Shown here: piece by piece, positions 7,251 to 16,948 of the stretch
Layout: the number at the start of each line of letters is the position of its first letter
Position numbering within the stretch: the stretch's first letter is position 1
From: a bacterium
GTDB lineage: Bacteria > Patescibacteriota > Microgenomatia > UBA8517
Assembly: GCA_021790215.1 (NCBI GenBank)
Contig: JAJYIG010000002.1
Coordinates: 1-51,637, forward strand
DNA length: 51,637 nt
Direction of reading: 5' to 3'
Made by a program: the position numbers and the translations under genes
Notes under the pieces: generated by a model
The model's database searches: none
What the model was told of the DNA's origin: nothing
Seen by the model: only the letters and a program-made list of their open reading frames with translations

Positions 7251-10200
7251 TTAATTTTGTGGCGTAACTGCACTATCGGGTGCGATAGGAATAAGTCTAC
7301 CAATTATTACATTCTCCTTTAAGCCCACAAGCATATCTTCACGGCCAAGAAGTGAAGCCTCGGTCAAAACATCTGTCGTCTGCTCAAAGGAAGCGGCTGA
7401 AAGCCAGCTATCCGTGCAAAGAGCACGCCTTGTTATACCCAAAACAACCTGTTGTGCACTGGCAGGTTCTCCTCCAGCTGCCAGAACTTTCTCGTTTTCT
7501 TCTTCAAATGTGGCTCTACTTGCAAGGTCTCCAGGCAAAAACGGAGTGTCACCGGTTGTCACGATCCTCACCTCGTCACTCATTTTTCTTACAATCACTT
7601 CAAAATGCTTATCATTGATTGGAATTCCCTGAGATTCATAAACTTTCTGAACTTCGGCAACAAGATATTCCTGTGCAGCTCTTAACCCTTTAATCGAAAG
7701 AATATCTTTAATGTCCAATGCCCCTTTAGCAAGAGCCCTCCCAGCTTCAATTACGTCTTTATCTTTAATATCAAGTTCCAGAGTCTTGGGAATTATATAC
7801 TCCTTTTCTTCCTTGGGAGTGCCTTTAGAAGTAATTGTCACTTTCCACCCGGCTTCACTTTCAGTCACCCTTGCCTTCCCACCAACTTCTGAAAGTGCCG
7901 AAACAACTTTTGGTAGTCTTGCTTCAACTAATTCTTCAACCCTGGGAAGTCCTTGAGTAACATCAACTCCGATAACTCCGGCTGCGTGCTTAGTCCTAAG
8001 AGTAAGCTGGGTTCCGGGTTCTCCAATGGATTGAGCTGCAATTACCCCAACTGGAGTTCCTACCTCAACCAAATTCTTAGTTCCAAGATCCCACCCGTAA
8101 CATTTAGCACAAAGCCCATATCTGGCCTGGCAGGTAAGTGGAGATCTAATAATAACGAATGCAACACCACTTTCGTCAATCTTCTTTGCTGTAACTTCGT
8201 CAATGATATTCCCTGCCTCAACCAAAATGGTCTTATCATCCGGAGCGGTAACATCCTTGGCAGCAAATCTTCCGACAATTCTATTTGCAAATACCTGAGG
8301 TCTTGTTTCCTTTCTCACTTCATAACCTTCTTTTGCCCCACAATCGTCCTGTCGGATAATGACATCATGGGCAACATCAACCAACCTTCTTGTGAGGTAT
8401 CCTGCATCAGCAGTCTTAATTGCGGTATCAGTTAGACCTTTTCTTGAACCACGACTACTTGTGACATATTCAAACACGGAAAGGCCTTCCCTGAAATTAC
8501 TTTTAATGGGAAGCTCAACAATTTTACCGAGCGGATCAACTACCAAACCTCTAATTGCAGCCAGCTGCTTAACTTGATCTCTTGAAGCTCTACCAACCTT
8601 TGCATCAATAACAACTCTGATGGGGTTTGTTGGTTCCATTTCGTTCCAGGTTTTATCAGCCAAGTCTTCTGAAACTTCAATCCAGACTTCCTGAGTCAGA
8701 CGCCTCTTTTCCTCCGCGGTAATAAGACCCTGATCGAAGTTGTCTTCTATCTCTGAGACTCTTGCATCTGCTTCCTCCAAAACCTTTGCTTTTCCGGGAT
8801 AAACCTTTGCATCAAAAATTCCGAAAGAAATTCCGGAAATAGTTCCGCCATAAAACCCTAGATCCTTAATGTCATCAACAAGTTGAACCACCCGCTCTTT
8901 GGAAACTGTACCAAAAGCTTTAACAAATAGGGATTTGATTACGGAAGATGTTACTGCCTCATTAATAAAGTCAAAGTTTTCCGGTAAAACTTCATTGAAA
9001 AGAAGACGCCCTGCTGTCGTTTCGACAATCTCTCTGCCAAGTCTTACCTTTACCTTTTGCCTGATATCAACTTTTCCTGCCTGGAATGCAAATATCACCT
9101 CGTCTTTATCGGAGAAAATAGTTGGATTAACCGGCAAGCGGGTATCCGCAGCTGTCAGGTAATAAACTCCAAGTGCAATCTCCTTGCTAGAAGGAGTTGC
9201 AGCAGGTCCGCCGTCACTGGGTTTAAGTAAGTTATTCGTGGGAAGCATCAAAGTCCTTGCTTCTTCAACAGCTTTCTCGGAAAGCGGAACGTGTACTGCC
9301 ATTTGGTCTCCATCAAAGTCCGCGTTAAAGCCTCCACAAACCGCAGGATGAAGCCTTATTGCGCTTCCTTCAACCAAAACCGGATAAAACGACTGAATTG
9401 AAAGTTTATGAAGAGTCGGTGCGCGGTTAAGAAGAACCGGATGATCTTTAGTAATTTCTTCCAGGATATCAAATACTTCCGGAGGACGCCTGTCAAGCAT
9501 GTTTTTGGCACTTTTGACGTTGGGTGCAATCCCCCTGGCAATCATCTCCCTAAGAACAAACGGCTTAAACATTTCAAGAGCCATGTCTTTAGGAAGTCCG
9601 CACTGAGTAAGTTTAAGTTCTGGTCCAACAACAATGACGCTTCTTCCTGAGTAGTCAACACGCTTCCCTAGAAGGTTTTGTCTAAATCTTCCCTGTTTTC
9701 CACGAAGCATATCTGATAAAGAGCGAAGTGGCTGTCTGCCACGGGATTTTCTGGTTGCTTTACGCTGAGATGCATCAATCAAAGAATCAACAGCTTCCTG
9801 AAGCATTCTTTTCTCATTTCTGAGAATTATTTCCGGCGCACCAAGCGAAATTAAGTGCTTAAGACGATTATTTCTATTGATGACTCTCCTGTAAAGATCG
9901 TTCAGGTCGCTTGTAGCAAAACGTCCACCGGAAAGTTGAACCATGGGTCTAAGGTCGGGTGGAAGTACCGGCAAAACCTTAAGGATCATCCAGGAAGGAT
10001 TAACCTTAGCCCGCTTAAGACCATCTACCAACTTGAGTCTTTTAACAAACTTTATATATTTTGAGCTGCCTCCTTTAATCGAACCTATTTCTTCCCTCAA
10101 AGACTTTGACAACTCCTCCAGATTAACTTTTTCAATGGCACTAAGAACTGCATCTGCCCCCATTTTGGCAGTGAAAAACTCAGTAGCACCATGCTCGTAA

Positions 10201-10970
10201 AGTTCATCAAATTCCTCCTCACTTAAAATACTTAAAAGGCGAAGACCTTTGGCAACAGCCGTAAGATTATCAAACAGTTCGTTTGTTTTTGCTATGGTAG
10301 CTTTTTCTTCTTCTCCCAAAGCTGCTTGTTTCTTCCTAAGGTTGAGCTCTATTTCAGATGTAGCCAATGAGGCTTGCTCTTTATCCTTAATTTTAGTAGT
10401 AATCTTTTCTTTTGCTTCTTTTTCCTCAATCTTAAGAGCATCGCGCCTAGACTTAAAATCGACTGCTATTTCATCCAACTTTCCTTCCTTGTCCTTCTGA
10501 ATGTTTTTAACAGCATCTTTCTTCTTTTCCTCATCAACATTGGTTACCAAATACCTGGCAAAGTAAATAACTTGTTCAATACCTCTCGGGGGAACACCCA
10601 AAAGAAGTGAAATCTTGCTTGGAGCACCTTTGAAAAACCAAACATGGGCGGTCGGGGTAGCAAGAGTAATGTGCCCCATTCTTTCCCTCCTCACTCTGCT
10701 TTGTGTAACCTCAACTCCGCATTTATCGCAAATCACACCCTTATACCTGATTCTTTTATACTTTCCACAATAACACTCCCAATCCTTGGTAGGTCCAAAA
10801 ATTCTCTCGTCAAAAAGTCCGTCTTTTTCCGGTTTTAAAGTTCTGTAATTTATTGTTTCCGGCTTAAGAATTTCACCACGGCTCCAAGCCCGAATTTGCT
10901 CGGGTGACGCCAGCTTAATAAGTAAGCTCTTAAAATCTGTTAAATCTTTTAGATCTGCTAATTCGTTCAT
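7251..10970 (-). CDS. rpoC: DNA-directed RNA polymerase subunit beta'
   Basis: The 1239-aa ORF has the zinc-binding [23 protein letters not shown] and the catalytic [12 protein letters not shown] motif. Confidence 0.98.
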   Translation of the reverse strand: MNELADLKDLTDFKSLLIKLASPEQIRAWSRGEILKPETINYRTLKPEKDGLFDERIFGPTKDWECYCGKYKRIRYKGVICDKCGVEVTQSRVRRERMGHITLATPTAHVWFFKGAPSKISLLLGVPPRGIEQVIYFARYLVTNVDEEKKKDAVKNIQKDKEGKLDEIAVDFKSRRDALKIEEKEAKEKITTKIKDKEQASLATSEIELNLRKKQAALGEEEKATIAKTNELFDNLTAVAKGLRLLSILSEEEFDELYEHGATEFFTAKMGADAVLSAIEKVNLEELSKSLREEIGSIKGGSSKYIKFVKRLKLVDGLKRAKVNPSWMILKVLPVLPPDLRPMVQLSGGRFATSDLNDLYRRVINRNNRLKHLISLGAPEIILRNEKRMLQEAVDSLIDASQRKATRKSRGRQPLRSLSDMLRGKQGRFRQNLLGKRVDYSGRSVIVVGPELKLTQCGLPKDMALEMFKPFVLREMIARGIAPNVKSAKNMLDRRPPEVFDILEEITKDHPVLLNRAPTLHKLSIQSFYPVLVEGSAIRLHPAVCGGFNADFDGDQMAVHVPLSEKAVEEARTLMLPTNNLLKPSDGGPAATPSSKEIALGVYYLTAADTRLPVNPTIFSDKDEVIFAFQAGKVDIRQKVKVRLGREIVETTAGRLLFNEVLPENFDFINEAVTSSVIKSLFVKAFGTVSKERVVQLVDDIKDLGFYGGTISGISFGIFDAKVYPGKAKVLEEADARVSEIEDNFDQGLITAEEKRRLTQEVWIEVSEDLADKTWNEMEPTNPIRVVIDAKVGRASRDQVKQLAAIRGLVVDPLGKIVELPIKSNFREGLSVFEYVTSSRGSRKGLTDTAIKTADAGYLTRRLVDVAHDVIIRQDDCGAKEGYEVRKETRPQVFANRIVGRFAAKDVTAPDDKTILVEAGNIIDEVTAKKIDESGVAFVIIRSPLTCQARYGLCAKCYGWDLGTKNLVEVGTPVGVIAAQSIGEPGTQLTLRTKHAAGVIGVDVTQGLPRVEELVEARLPKVVSALSEVGGKARVTESEAGWKVTITSKGTPKEEKEYIIPKTLELDIKDKDVIEAGRALAKGALDIKDILSIKGLRAAQEYLVAEVQKVYESQGIPINDKHFEVIVRKMSDEVRIVTTGDTPFLPGDLASRATFEEENEKVLAAGGEPASAQQVVLGITRRALCTDSWLSAASFEQTTDVLTEASLLGREDMLVGLKENVIIGRLIPIAPDSAVTPQN

Positions 10971-10999
10971 AATTCGTATTTTTTTTGTAACTGTTTAGT

Positions 11000-13900
11000 T
11001 TACGGCGTAACCTCCTCAATTTCCATCGGACTTTTTTCGGAAACTATCTCGGCAGAATTGGCAACAATTTCTGCGCCGGCAGCTTCTGCCAAAGCCTCTC
11101 CTTCTTTTATCTCTTCAATTTCTTCTTTAGCCAAGATCGCTCCCTTAGGGTCAATTGCAAGGCCCAAAGAGTTCAATTCTCTAACCAAAACTTTAAAACT
11201 TTCCGGAATGGTTGATTCAGGAATATCCGTTCCCTTAACAATAGCTTCAAACGCCTTAGCACGACCCAAGACATCATCGCTTTTAATAGTAAGCATCTCC
11301 TGTAAAGTGTGGCTTGCACGGTGAGCTTCAAGTGCCCAAACTTCCATTTCCCCGAGTCTTTGGCCTCCCATCTGAGCTTTACCTCCCAAAGGTTGCTGTG
11401 TAACAAGCGAGTATGGTCCGGTTGATCGTGCATGAGTCTTATCCTCAACCATGTGGATGAGCTTCATGATATAAGAAACTCCCACCACAGTGTCTTCCTC
11501 AAATGGTTCTCCGGTTCTTCCATCGTAAAGTCTGGTCTTTCCATTAACAGGAAGTCCAGCTTCTTTAAGTTGCTCTGCGATAAAATCTGCGCCGATCTTA
11601 TCAAAAACGGGTAGGGCTCCTTTTTCGCCTTTTGCTTTAAGAGCCCAGCCAAGATGGGCTTCCATAAGTTGTCCCAAGTTCATACGAGAAATAACGGAAA
11701 GGGGAGAAATAAGAATGTCTACGGGAGTTCCATCGCTCATGTATGGCATATCGGAAATCGGCATGATTTTTGCAACAACTCCTTTATTTCCATGGCGTCC
11801 TGCAACTTTATCTCCTACCGTAATCTTTCTAATTTGTGCGACCCTTACAATAACTTTCTTGATTACTCCCGGACCAAGCTCATCACCTTTGTCCCTATCC
11901 AAAGTCTGAATATCAACTACGATTCCGCGTTCACCATGGGGAATTCTAAGAGATGTATCTCTCACTTCTCTTGCTTTTTCACCAAAAATCGCCCTGAGAA
12001 GTCTCTCTTCTGATGTAAGTTCCGTTTCTCCTTTAGGAGCAATTTTACCAACAAGAATGTCATTGGGGCCTACCTCTGCACCAATCATTACTATTCCGTC
12101 GCCGCTAAGATTAGCCAACTCCACCTCAGATACGTTGGGAATATCGTTGGTAATTTCTTCCGGACCGAGTTTGGTATCCACCACTTCAGCTTCGTATTCC
12201 TCAATATGAATTGATGTCAGAAGATCATCCTTAACAAGTCTATCTGAAATTAGAATGGCATCCTCAAAACCGTACCCCAAAAAGCTTGTGTAGGCAATTA
12301 CCAAATTACGACCCAAACCAAGTTCCCCGTTTTCGCTTGCCGGCCCGTCAATTAAAAGATCTCCCTCTTTAACAACCTGTCCGGAAACCACTCTAACTAT
12401 CTGATTGTAGCAGGTGGAATGCGCTGTCCTCTTGAATTTACTAAGGTAATAGACTTCTTTTTTGCCGCCTTCAGTTAGTTCTATATCTTCCGCTCCGTTT
12501 CCATTCCCGTTTTCAATCTTTTTATCAAGTTTTACAATAACTTTTTCGCCATCAACATACTCAATAGTTCCTGCATGCCTGGCCCTGATTACCCTCTGCA
12601 TTCCGGAAGAAATCACTCCTTCCATTCCGGTTCCAACAATTGGAGATTCCGGATTGACCAGAGGCACAGCTTGGCATTGCATGTTGCTTCCCATAAGGGC
12701 TCTATTTCCTTCGTCGTTGGCAAGGAATGGAATAAGGGAAGCTGAAGCTCCCACAACTTCTCTCGGAGTTATATCGATATATTCCACCAAATCAGCCGTA
12801 CCCTCTATGAATTTACCTTTATACCTAAGAGGAACACGTTTGTCTGTAATAAATCCGTCAGCATCAACACTAATGCCGGAGTGGGTAATATAGTGCTCCT
12901 CCTCATCATCAGCAGTAAGATACACAATTTCATCGGTCACTTTCGCCTTTTTGCCAATTTTTTCCACCTTTTTGTATGGAGCCTGAACAAAGCCAAAATC
13001 ATCGACCTTGGCATACAAAGCAAGATAAGTTACAAGTCCGATATTCGGTCCTTCCGGGGATCTAACTGGATCAATTCTTCCGTATTGCGAAGCATTAACG
13101 TCACGGATAGAAAAGCTTGCTCTTTCCCTGTTTATTCCTCCCGTACCAAGAACGGAAACTCTGCGAAGATTGTCAACTTCAGAAAGAGGATTTGTATCAT
13201 CCAAAATAGTTGAAAGCTGGTTGCTCCTGAAAAACTCATTGAGTGAGGCTATAAGAGGGCGGGCATTTATAAGAGTTGCAGGAAGCGGTTTATCATCGGG
13301 GGAGATTAAGCTCATTTTCTCCTTAACGCTTCTTTCCAATCTAAGAAGTCCTACTCTGAAAGCGTTAACTGCAACCAATTCCCCAACCCTTCTTAGCCTA
13401 CGATTACTAAGATGATCGATATCATCAATCCTTCCATTCCCATTCTGAAGTCCAATAAGATAATTTATGGCAGCTACAACATCCTGCTTGGTCAAAACCC
13501 AATTCTGCTTCTCGTTGGGAATATTAATTCCAAGGCGCTTATTTATCTTAAATCTACCGACTTTTCCAAGATCATACCTTCTTCCGTCGGTAAACAAACT
13601 TGCAAAAAGTCCTTCGGCATTTTCCAAGACAGCTGGCTCGCCGGGCCTCATTTTCCTATAAATCTCTATTAAAGCTTCTTCTCTTGTCTTTGTAGAATCC
13701 TTAGCGATAGTCGCTGCAATATATTTATGGTCCTGATCTCTATCAACCTCTGCAAAAGCGGTGACGATTTCCTGATCGGATACCGCACCCAGGGCTCTAA
13801 GGAAAGTTGTCGCCAAAATCTTTCTGCGTCTGTCAATCCTGGCATAAATTAGATCTCCTCTGGTTACCTCGAATTCAAGCCATGTTCCATGAAGGGGTCT

Positions 13901-14374
13901 GATTTCTGCTTTATAAAGCACACGGCCACTTGAAGGGTCTAACTCACCGGAAAAATAAGCACCCGGAGAACGCACAATTTGATTAATTACCGCCCTTTCA
14001 ATTCCGTTAACGATGAAGGTCCCCGAAGTGGTCATTTGGGGAATATCCCCAAGAAATACATCCTGAGTAACTTCTTTTCCTGTTCTTTTGTTAACTAGAG
14101 TGGCGCGGATTTTTACTGGAGAGGCATAAGTAATCCCCTTTTTCTGGGCAATTCTTGGGGGGACTGTGGGAGAACCTAATGAATGCTCACCCAAAGAAAG
14201 CTGCCAATTTTTACCTGTGAAATCCTCAATAGGGGAAATGCCTTCCAATTCCTGCGCTATTCCTTCACCTAAAAACCACTGCCAACTTTCTCTTTGAACC
14301 TCACTCAGATTAATTTCTGGTAAATTTTTCTCTTCTTTACCAAAATTTATGCGGAATGGTTTTTTTAGTGACAT
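11000..14374 (-). CDS. rpoB: DNA-directed RNA polymerase subunit beta
   Basis: The 1124-aa ORF contains GRHGNKGVVAKI, PYSLVTQQPLGGKAQMGGQRLGEMEVWALEA and other motifs. It lies 29 nt upstream of rpoC. Confidence 0.98.
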   Translation of the reverse strand: MSLKKPFRINFGKEEKNLPEINLSEVQRESWQWFLGEGIAQELEGISPIEDFTGKNWQLSLGEHSLGSPTVPPRIAQKKGITYASPVKIRATLVNKRTGKEVTQDVFLGDIPQMTTSGTFIVNGIERAVINQIVRSPGAYFSGELDPSSGRVLYKAEIRPLHGTWLEFEVTRGDLIYARIDRRRKILATTFLRALGAVSDQEIVTAFAEVDRDQDHKYIAATIAKDSTKTREEALIEIYRKMRPGEPAVLENAEGLFASLFTDGRRYDLGKVGRFKINKRLGINIPNEKQNWVLTKQDVVAAINYLIGLQNGNGRIDDIDHLSNRRLRRVGELVAVNAFRVGLLRLERSVKEKMSLISPDDKPLPATLINARPLIASLNEFFRSNQLSTILDDTNPLSEVDNLRRVSVLGTGGINRERASFSIRDVNASQYGRIDPVRSPEGPNIGLVTYLALYAKVDDFGFVQAPYKKVEKIGKKAKVTDEIVYLTADDEEEHYITHSGISVDADGFITDKRVPLRYKGKFIEGTADLVEYIDITPREVVGASASLIPFLANDEGNRALMGSNMQCQAVPLVNPESPIVGTGMEGVISSGMQRVIRARHAGTIEYVDGEKVIVKLDKKIENGNGNGAEDIELTEGGKKEVYYLSKFKRTAHSTCYNQIVRVVSGQVVKEGDLLIDGPASENGELGLGRNLVIAYTSFLGYGFEDAILISDRLVKDDLLTSIHIEEYEAEVVDTKLGPEEITNDIPNVSEVELANLSGDGIVMIGAEVGPNDILVGKIAPKGETELTSEERLLRAIFGEKAREVRDTSLRIPHGERGIVVDIQTLDRDKGDELGPGVIKKVIVRVAQIRKITVGDKVAGRHGNKGVVAKIMPISDMPYMSDGTPVDILISPLSVISRMNLGQLMEAHLGWALKAKGEKGALPVFDKIGADFIAEQLKEAGLPVNGKTRLYDGRTGEPFEEDTVVGVSYIMKLIHMVEDKTHARSTGPYSLVTQQPLGGKAQMGGQRLGEMEVWALEAHRASHTLQEMLTIKSDDVLGRAKAFEAIVKGTDIPESTIPESFKVLVRELNSLGLAIDPKGAILAKEEIEEIKEGEALAEAAGAEIVANSAEIVSEKSPMEIEEVTP

Positions 14375-14457
14375 TAGCTTCAGTTGAATAAAAACAATAA
14401 AAGCCCGTCCAAAGGTGAAACAGGACGAGCGTACCTCTTACGTACGCCTAAATCCGC

Positions 14458-14485
14458 ATTATATTATCTAAAAAACTTCTGTCAA
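14458..14485 (-). promoter_or_regulatory. Consensus sigma70-type promoter upstream of rpoB, followed by a hairpin-rich leader
   Basis: The minus strand reads TTGACA (14485-14480), a 16-nt spacer, then TATAAT (14463-14458). The roughly 80-nt leader contains GCGTAC/GTACGC (14429-14447) and CGTCC/GGACG (14406-14427) hairpins. On the minus strand the second hairpin is followed by GGCTTTTATTGTTTTT. Confidence 0.55.
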
Positions 14486-14507
14486 GCCCCAAACCAACGA
14501 AAAAAGA

Positions 14508-15461
14508 CTACTGGCTTAGGTATTTCTTAATATTCACATTATGCTCAGCAAGGGTAGTTGCATAGTGGATTTGACCGGAAGAATCATGGATATAGTACCA
14601 ATAGTCCGTTTGAACGGGACTAAAGGCTGCCTTGAGGGATGAAAGCCCAGGATTACTGATTGGGGTTGGCGGCAAGCCTGCATTTTTGTAAGTATTAAAG
14701 GGTGAGTCAACTTCCAAATCACCAGCCGATAAAATAGGCCACCAATTTTTTGATGTTCCTATTGCATACTGGATAGTTGCATCGACCTGTAACGGCATGC
14801 CCGCATTCAACCTTTTGATTAAAATCCCCGCCACAACCGGGCGTTCCGCATCGGTCCTGGTCTCTCTTTCAATTATCGAGGCCAGAATAACGGCTTGGTT
14901 AAACGAAAGTCCAGAAGTATTTGCCGGGAGAGTTGCAGTTCTACTTTTGAATGTATCTGTCATCTTTTGAACAATAGCGGAAGGCGATGCGTCGGCAGGA
15001 ATAAGATAAGTGTCCGGAAAAAGATATCCTTCATCCCCTTTTGAATCCAGCAGGAATTTGGTGACAAAAGAGTGGTCTTTTCCCAAACTGGTTGCAAACT
15101 TTTGCGCAATCTCCTCTCTCCTTAGCCCTTCAGGAATCGTCACTCGGACCTCTTCGGATCCCGTAAGAAGTACATTAATTGTCTGAAAAAGTGAAAGCGA
15201 GGGCGAAAGACTGAATTGTCCTGACTGGATCTTCCCTCCACGACCGTCCAATTTTAAATATATCCTAAAAACCAATTCGTTTCTAATGAGCCCCGATGAT
15301 TCAAGATTTTTGCCAATTTCTGAAGCGGATGAACCCTTGGCAATTGTAAAATTAACAAAATCTTTACTTTCCGACACTGGCAGAGCATTTGTATAAAACC
15401 AGACAGCTATCCCGGCAATTATCAAAATAAAGAGCATGGGTAAAAACACCAATCTTTTCAT
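14508..15461 (-). CDS. mltG: Endolytic murein transglycosylase MltG (YceG family)
   Basis: The 317-aa ORF has an N-terminal TM helix. It contains ASIIERETRTDAERPVVAGILIKRLNAGMPLQVDATIQYA and NTYKNAGLPPTPISNPG, which are YceG-family motifs. Confidence 0.85.
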   Translation of the reverse strand: MKRLVFLPMLFILIIAGIAVWFYTNALPVSESKDFVNFTIAKGSSASEIGKNLESSGLIRNELVFRIYLKLDGRGGKIQSGQFSLSPSLSLFQTINVLLTGSEEVRVTIPEGLRREEIAQKFATSLGKDHSFVTKFLLDSKGDEGYLFPDTYLIPADASPSAIVQKMTDTFKSRTATLPANTSGLSFNQAVILASIIERETRTDAERPVVAGILIKRLNAGMPLQVDATIQYAIGTSKNWWPILSAGDLEVDSPFNTYKNAGLPPTPISNPGLSSLKAAFSPVQTDYWYYIHDSSGQIHYATTLAEHNVNIKKYLSQ

Positions 15462-15547
15462 AACAAATTAGTATACCAGATTCTGAAAATTGGCTACCTT
15501 CGCCCAAGAACGACAACTAATACCAGGTAATGATTTTGAGAGTTGCG

Positions 15548-15760
15548 TTAAACTTCCTCAAGAAGAGCTCTTCTATACTTACCATTCTTTTCAATAAATA
15601 TCCTTCCGCATTTGCAAGTTACCTGATGTCCAAACTTTGTTTGTTTACTCTTTCCTTCGGCAAGAGGGGTACCACACCCCACACACCTCCCCTGAGAAAG
15701 AAGCCAAGCCTGAATCGGAGCAATTACATTCTTAAACATTCTGATTAAAGTATACCACAA
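15548..15760 (-). CDS. Small hypothetical protein with zinc-ribbon-like CxxC...CxC
   Basis: The 70-aa ORF contains CVGCGTPL...CKCG and sits between ruvX and mltG on the same strand. I recognise no family. Confidence 0.45.
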   Translation of the reverse strand: MWYTLIRMFKNVIAPIQAWLLSQGRCVGCGTPLAEGKSKQTKFGHQVTCKCGRIFIEKNGKYRRALLEEV

Positions 15761-15784
15761 AATTTAGATTTCAAGCCCAAATAA

Positions 15785-16168
15785 TTACCTGGAATCCAAA
15801 TAATTTTGAAGCATGATGGAAGCAGCATAGGCATCTTCCATCCTTTTTCTTTTTGATCTTTTAATTCCTGCCTCGATTGAAAAAGTTTGAGCATCTTTGG
15901 AGGTTAAAGTTTCATCAAAAGTTTCTACAGGAACACTCAATTCCTTCTCAAGTTTCTTGGTAAACTTTTCGATCTCTTCACCTATTTTCCCCTCCGAAAT
16001 TCCAACCACAACTTTCTCAAACTTCTCTTCCTCTACGATTTTCTTTATTTGCCCACAAAGGGACCCGGGATCCTGGTATCGAATCACCTTCAAAGGTTCT
16101 GCAAGATTTCCTTCACCAATAGCAAGTCCAACCTTGCTTCTTCCATAATCAACTCCCAATATTTTCAT
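15785..16168 (-). CDS. ruvX: Putative pre-16S rRNA nuclease / Holliday junction resolvase-like protein YqgF
   Basis: MKILGVDYGRSKVGLAIGEG... is a typical YqgF N-terminus. I prefer the internal start at 16168 over the track start at 16189, which would overlap the sortase gene. Confidence 0.8.
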   Translation of the reverse strand: MKILGVDYGRSKVGLAIGEGNLAEPLKVIRYQDPGSLCGQIKKIVEEEKFEKVVVGISEGKIGEEIEKFTKKLEKELSVPVETFDETLTSKDAQTFSIEAGIKRSKRKRMEDAYAASIMLQNYLDSR

Positions 16169-16169
16169 A

Positions 16170-16868
16170 TCAGTTTGTGGGTGGTACAACTCTGGCTCTC
16201 ACAATGAGTCTCTTGGGATTGGTTGGATCCCCAGGCGGGACACAGGTTACAAGCGTCAAAAAAGAATCGGAATAGTCCTGATCCAAAACCTGGATATCAG
16301 TTGGATACACTTCAAACATTTCTTCAACCCGATAAACGTAAGAAACTCCGTCATAGTTCACATCAATCTCATCCCCTTTTTGTAGAGTTGGGAGGAGAGA
16401 AAATATGGAAATATAATTTTTGGGATTGTAAAAGATGGGCAAGACAGAGTGTCCGAAAATTACAGAATTGCCGCGTTTCCCGGGTAGGGCTGTTCCGGGA
16501 TATTGAACCAGGCTTTTATTTAGATCTCTTCCACCGATGGCGACAGTAGCATTATCAATCCTGAGCTTTGGAACAGAAATAGTAAAATATTTTACCTGTG
16601 TTGAAATAAAGTCACCTTCGCCGGCTGCTCCCGGAAACCAAGTGCTGGCATCTGTATAATCAATATTATTAGTGCCAGTAATTGTGTTGGAAACAGTGCT
16701 TTGTACACTTTTTTCTGTAACCCCGGTCAAAGGGGATACAAATTTTGTATAGTTTTTAGAATAAATCGAATTGTAAGAAACAATAGGATAAATTACCCCA
16801 GTTAGAATCACTACTCCGGAAATTCCGGAAATTACCGCTGCAATACGCAAAACAGTCTTCTGGTTCAT
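16170..16868 (-). CDS. Sortase-family transpeptidase
   Basis: The 232-aa ORF has an N-terminal TM anchor, a catalytic-type His (VIFGHS), the TLVTC active-site Cys motif and a downstream Arg (LIVRARV). Confidence 0.85.
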   Translation of the reverse strand: MNQKTVLRIAAVISGISGVVILTGVIYPIVSYNSIYSKNYTKFVSPLTGVTEKSVQSTVSNTITGTNNIDYTDASTWFPGAAGEGDFISTQVKYFTISVPKLRIDNATVAIGGRDLNKSLVQYPGTALPGKRGNSVIFGHSVLPIFYNPKNYISIFSLLPTLQKGDEIDVNYDGVSYVYRVEEMFEVYPTDIQVLDQDYSDSFLTLVTCVPPGDPTNPKRLIVRARVVPPTN

Positions 16869-16948
16869 TCCACTATTCTAACTGATAAGATCCAGTAGCG
16901 TAAATGCCATTAATCTCAAAATGATAAATTAGCCAGAAACTTGTTATT

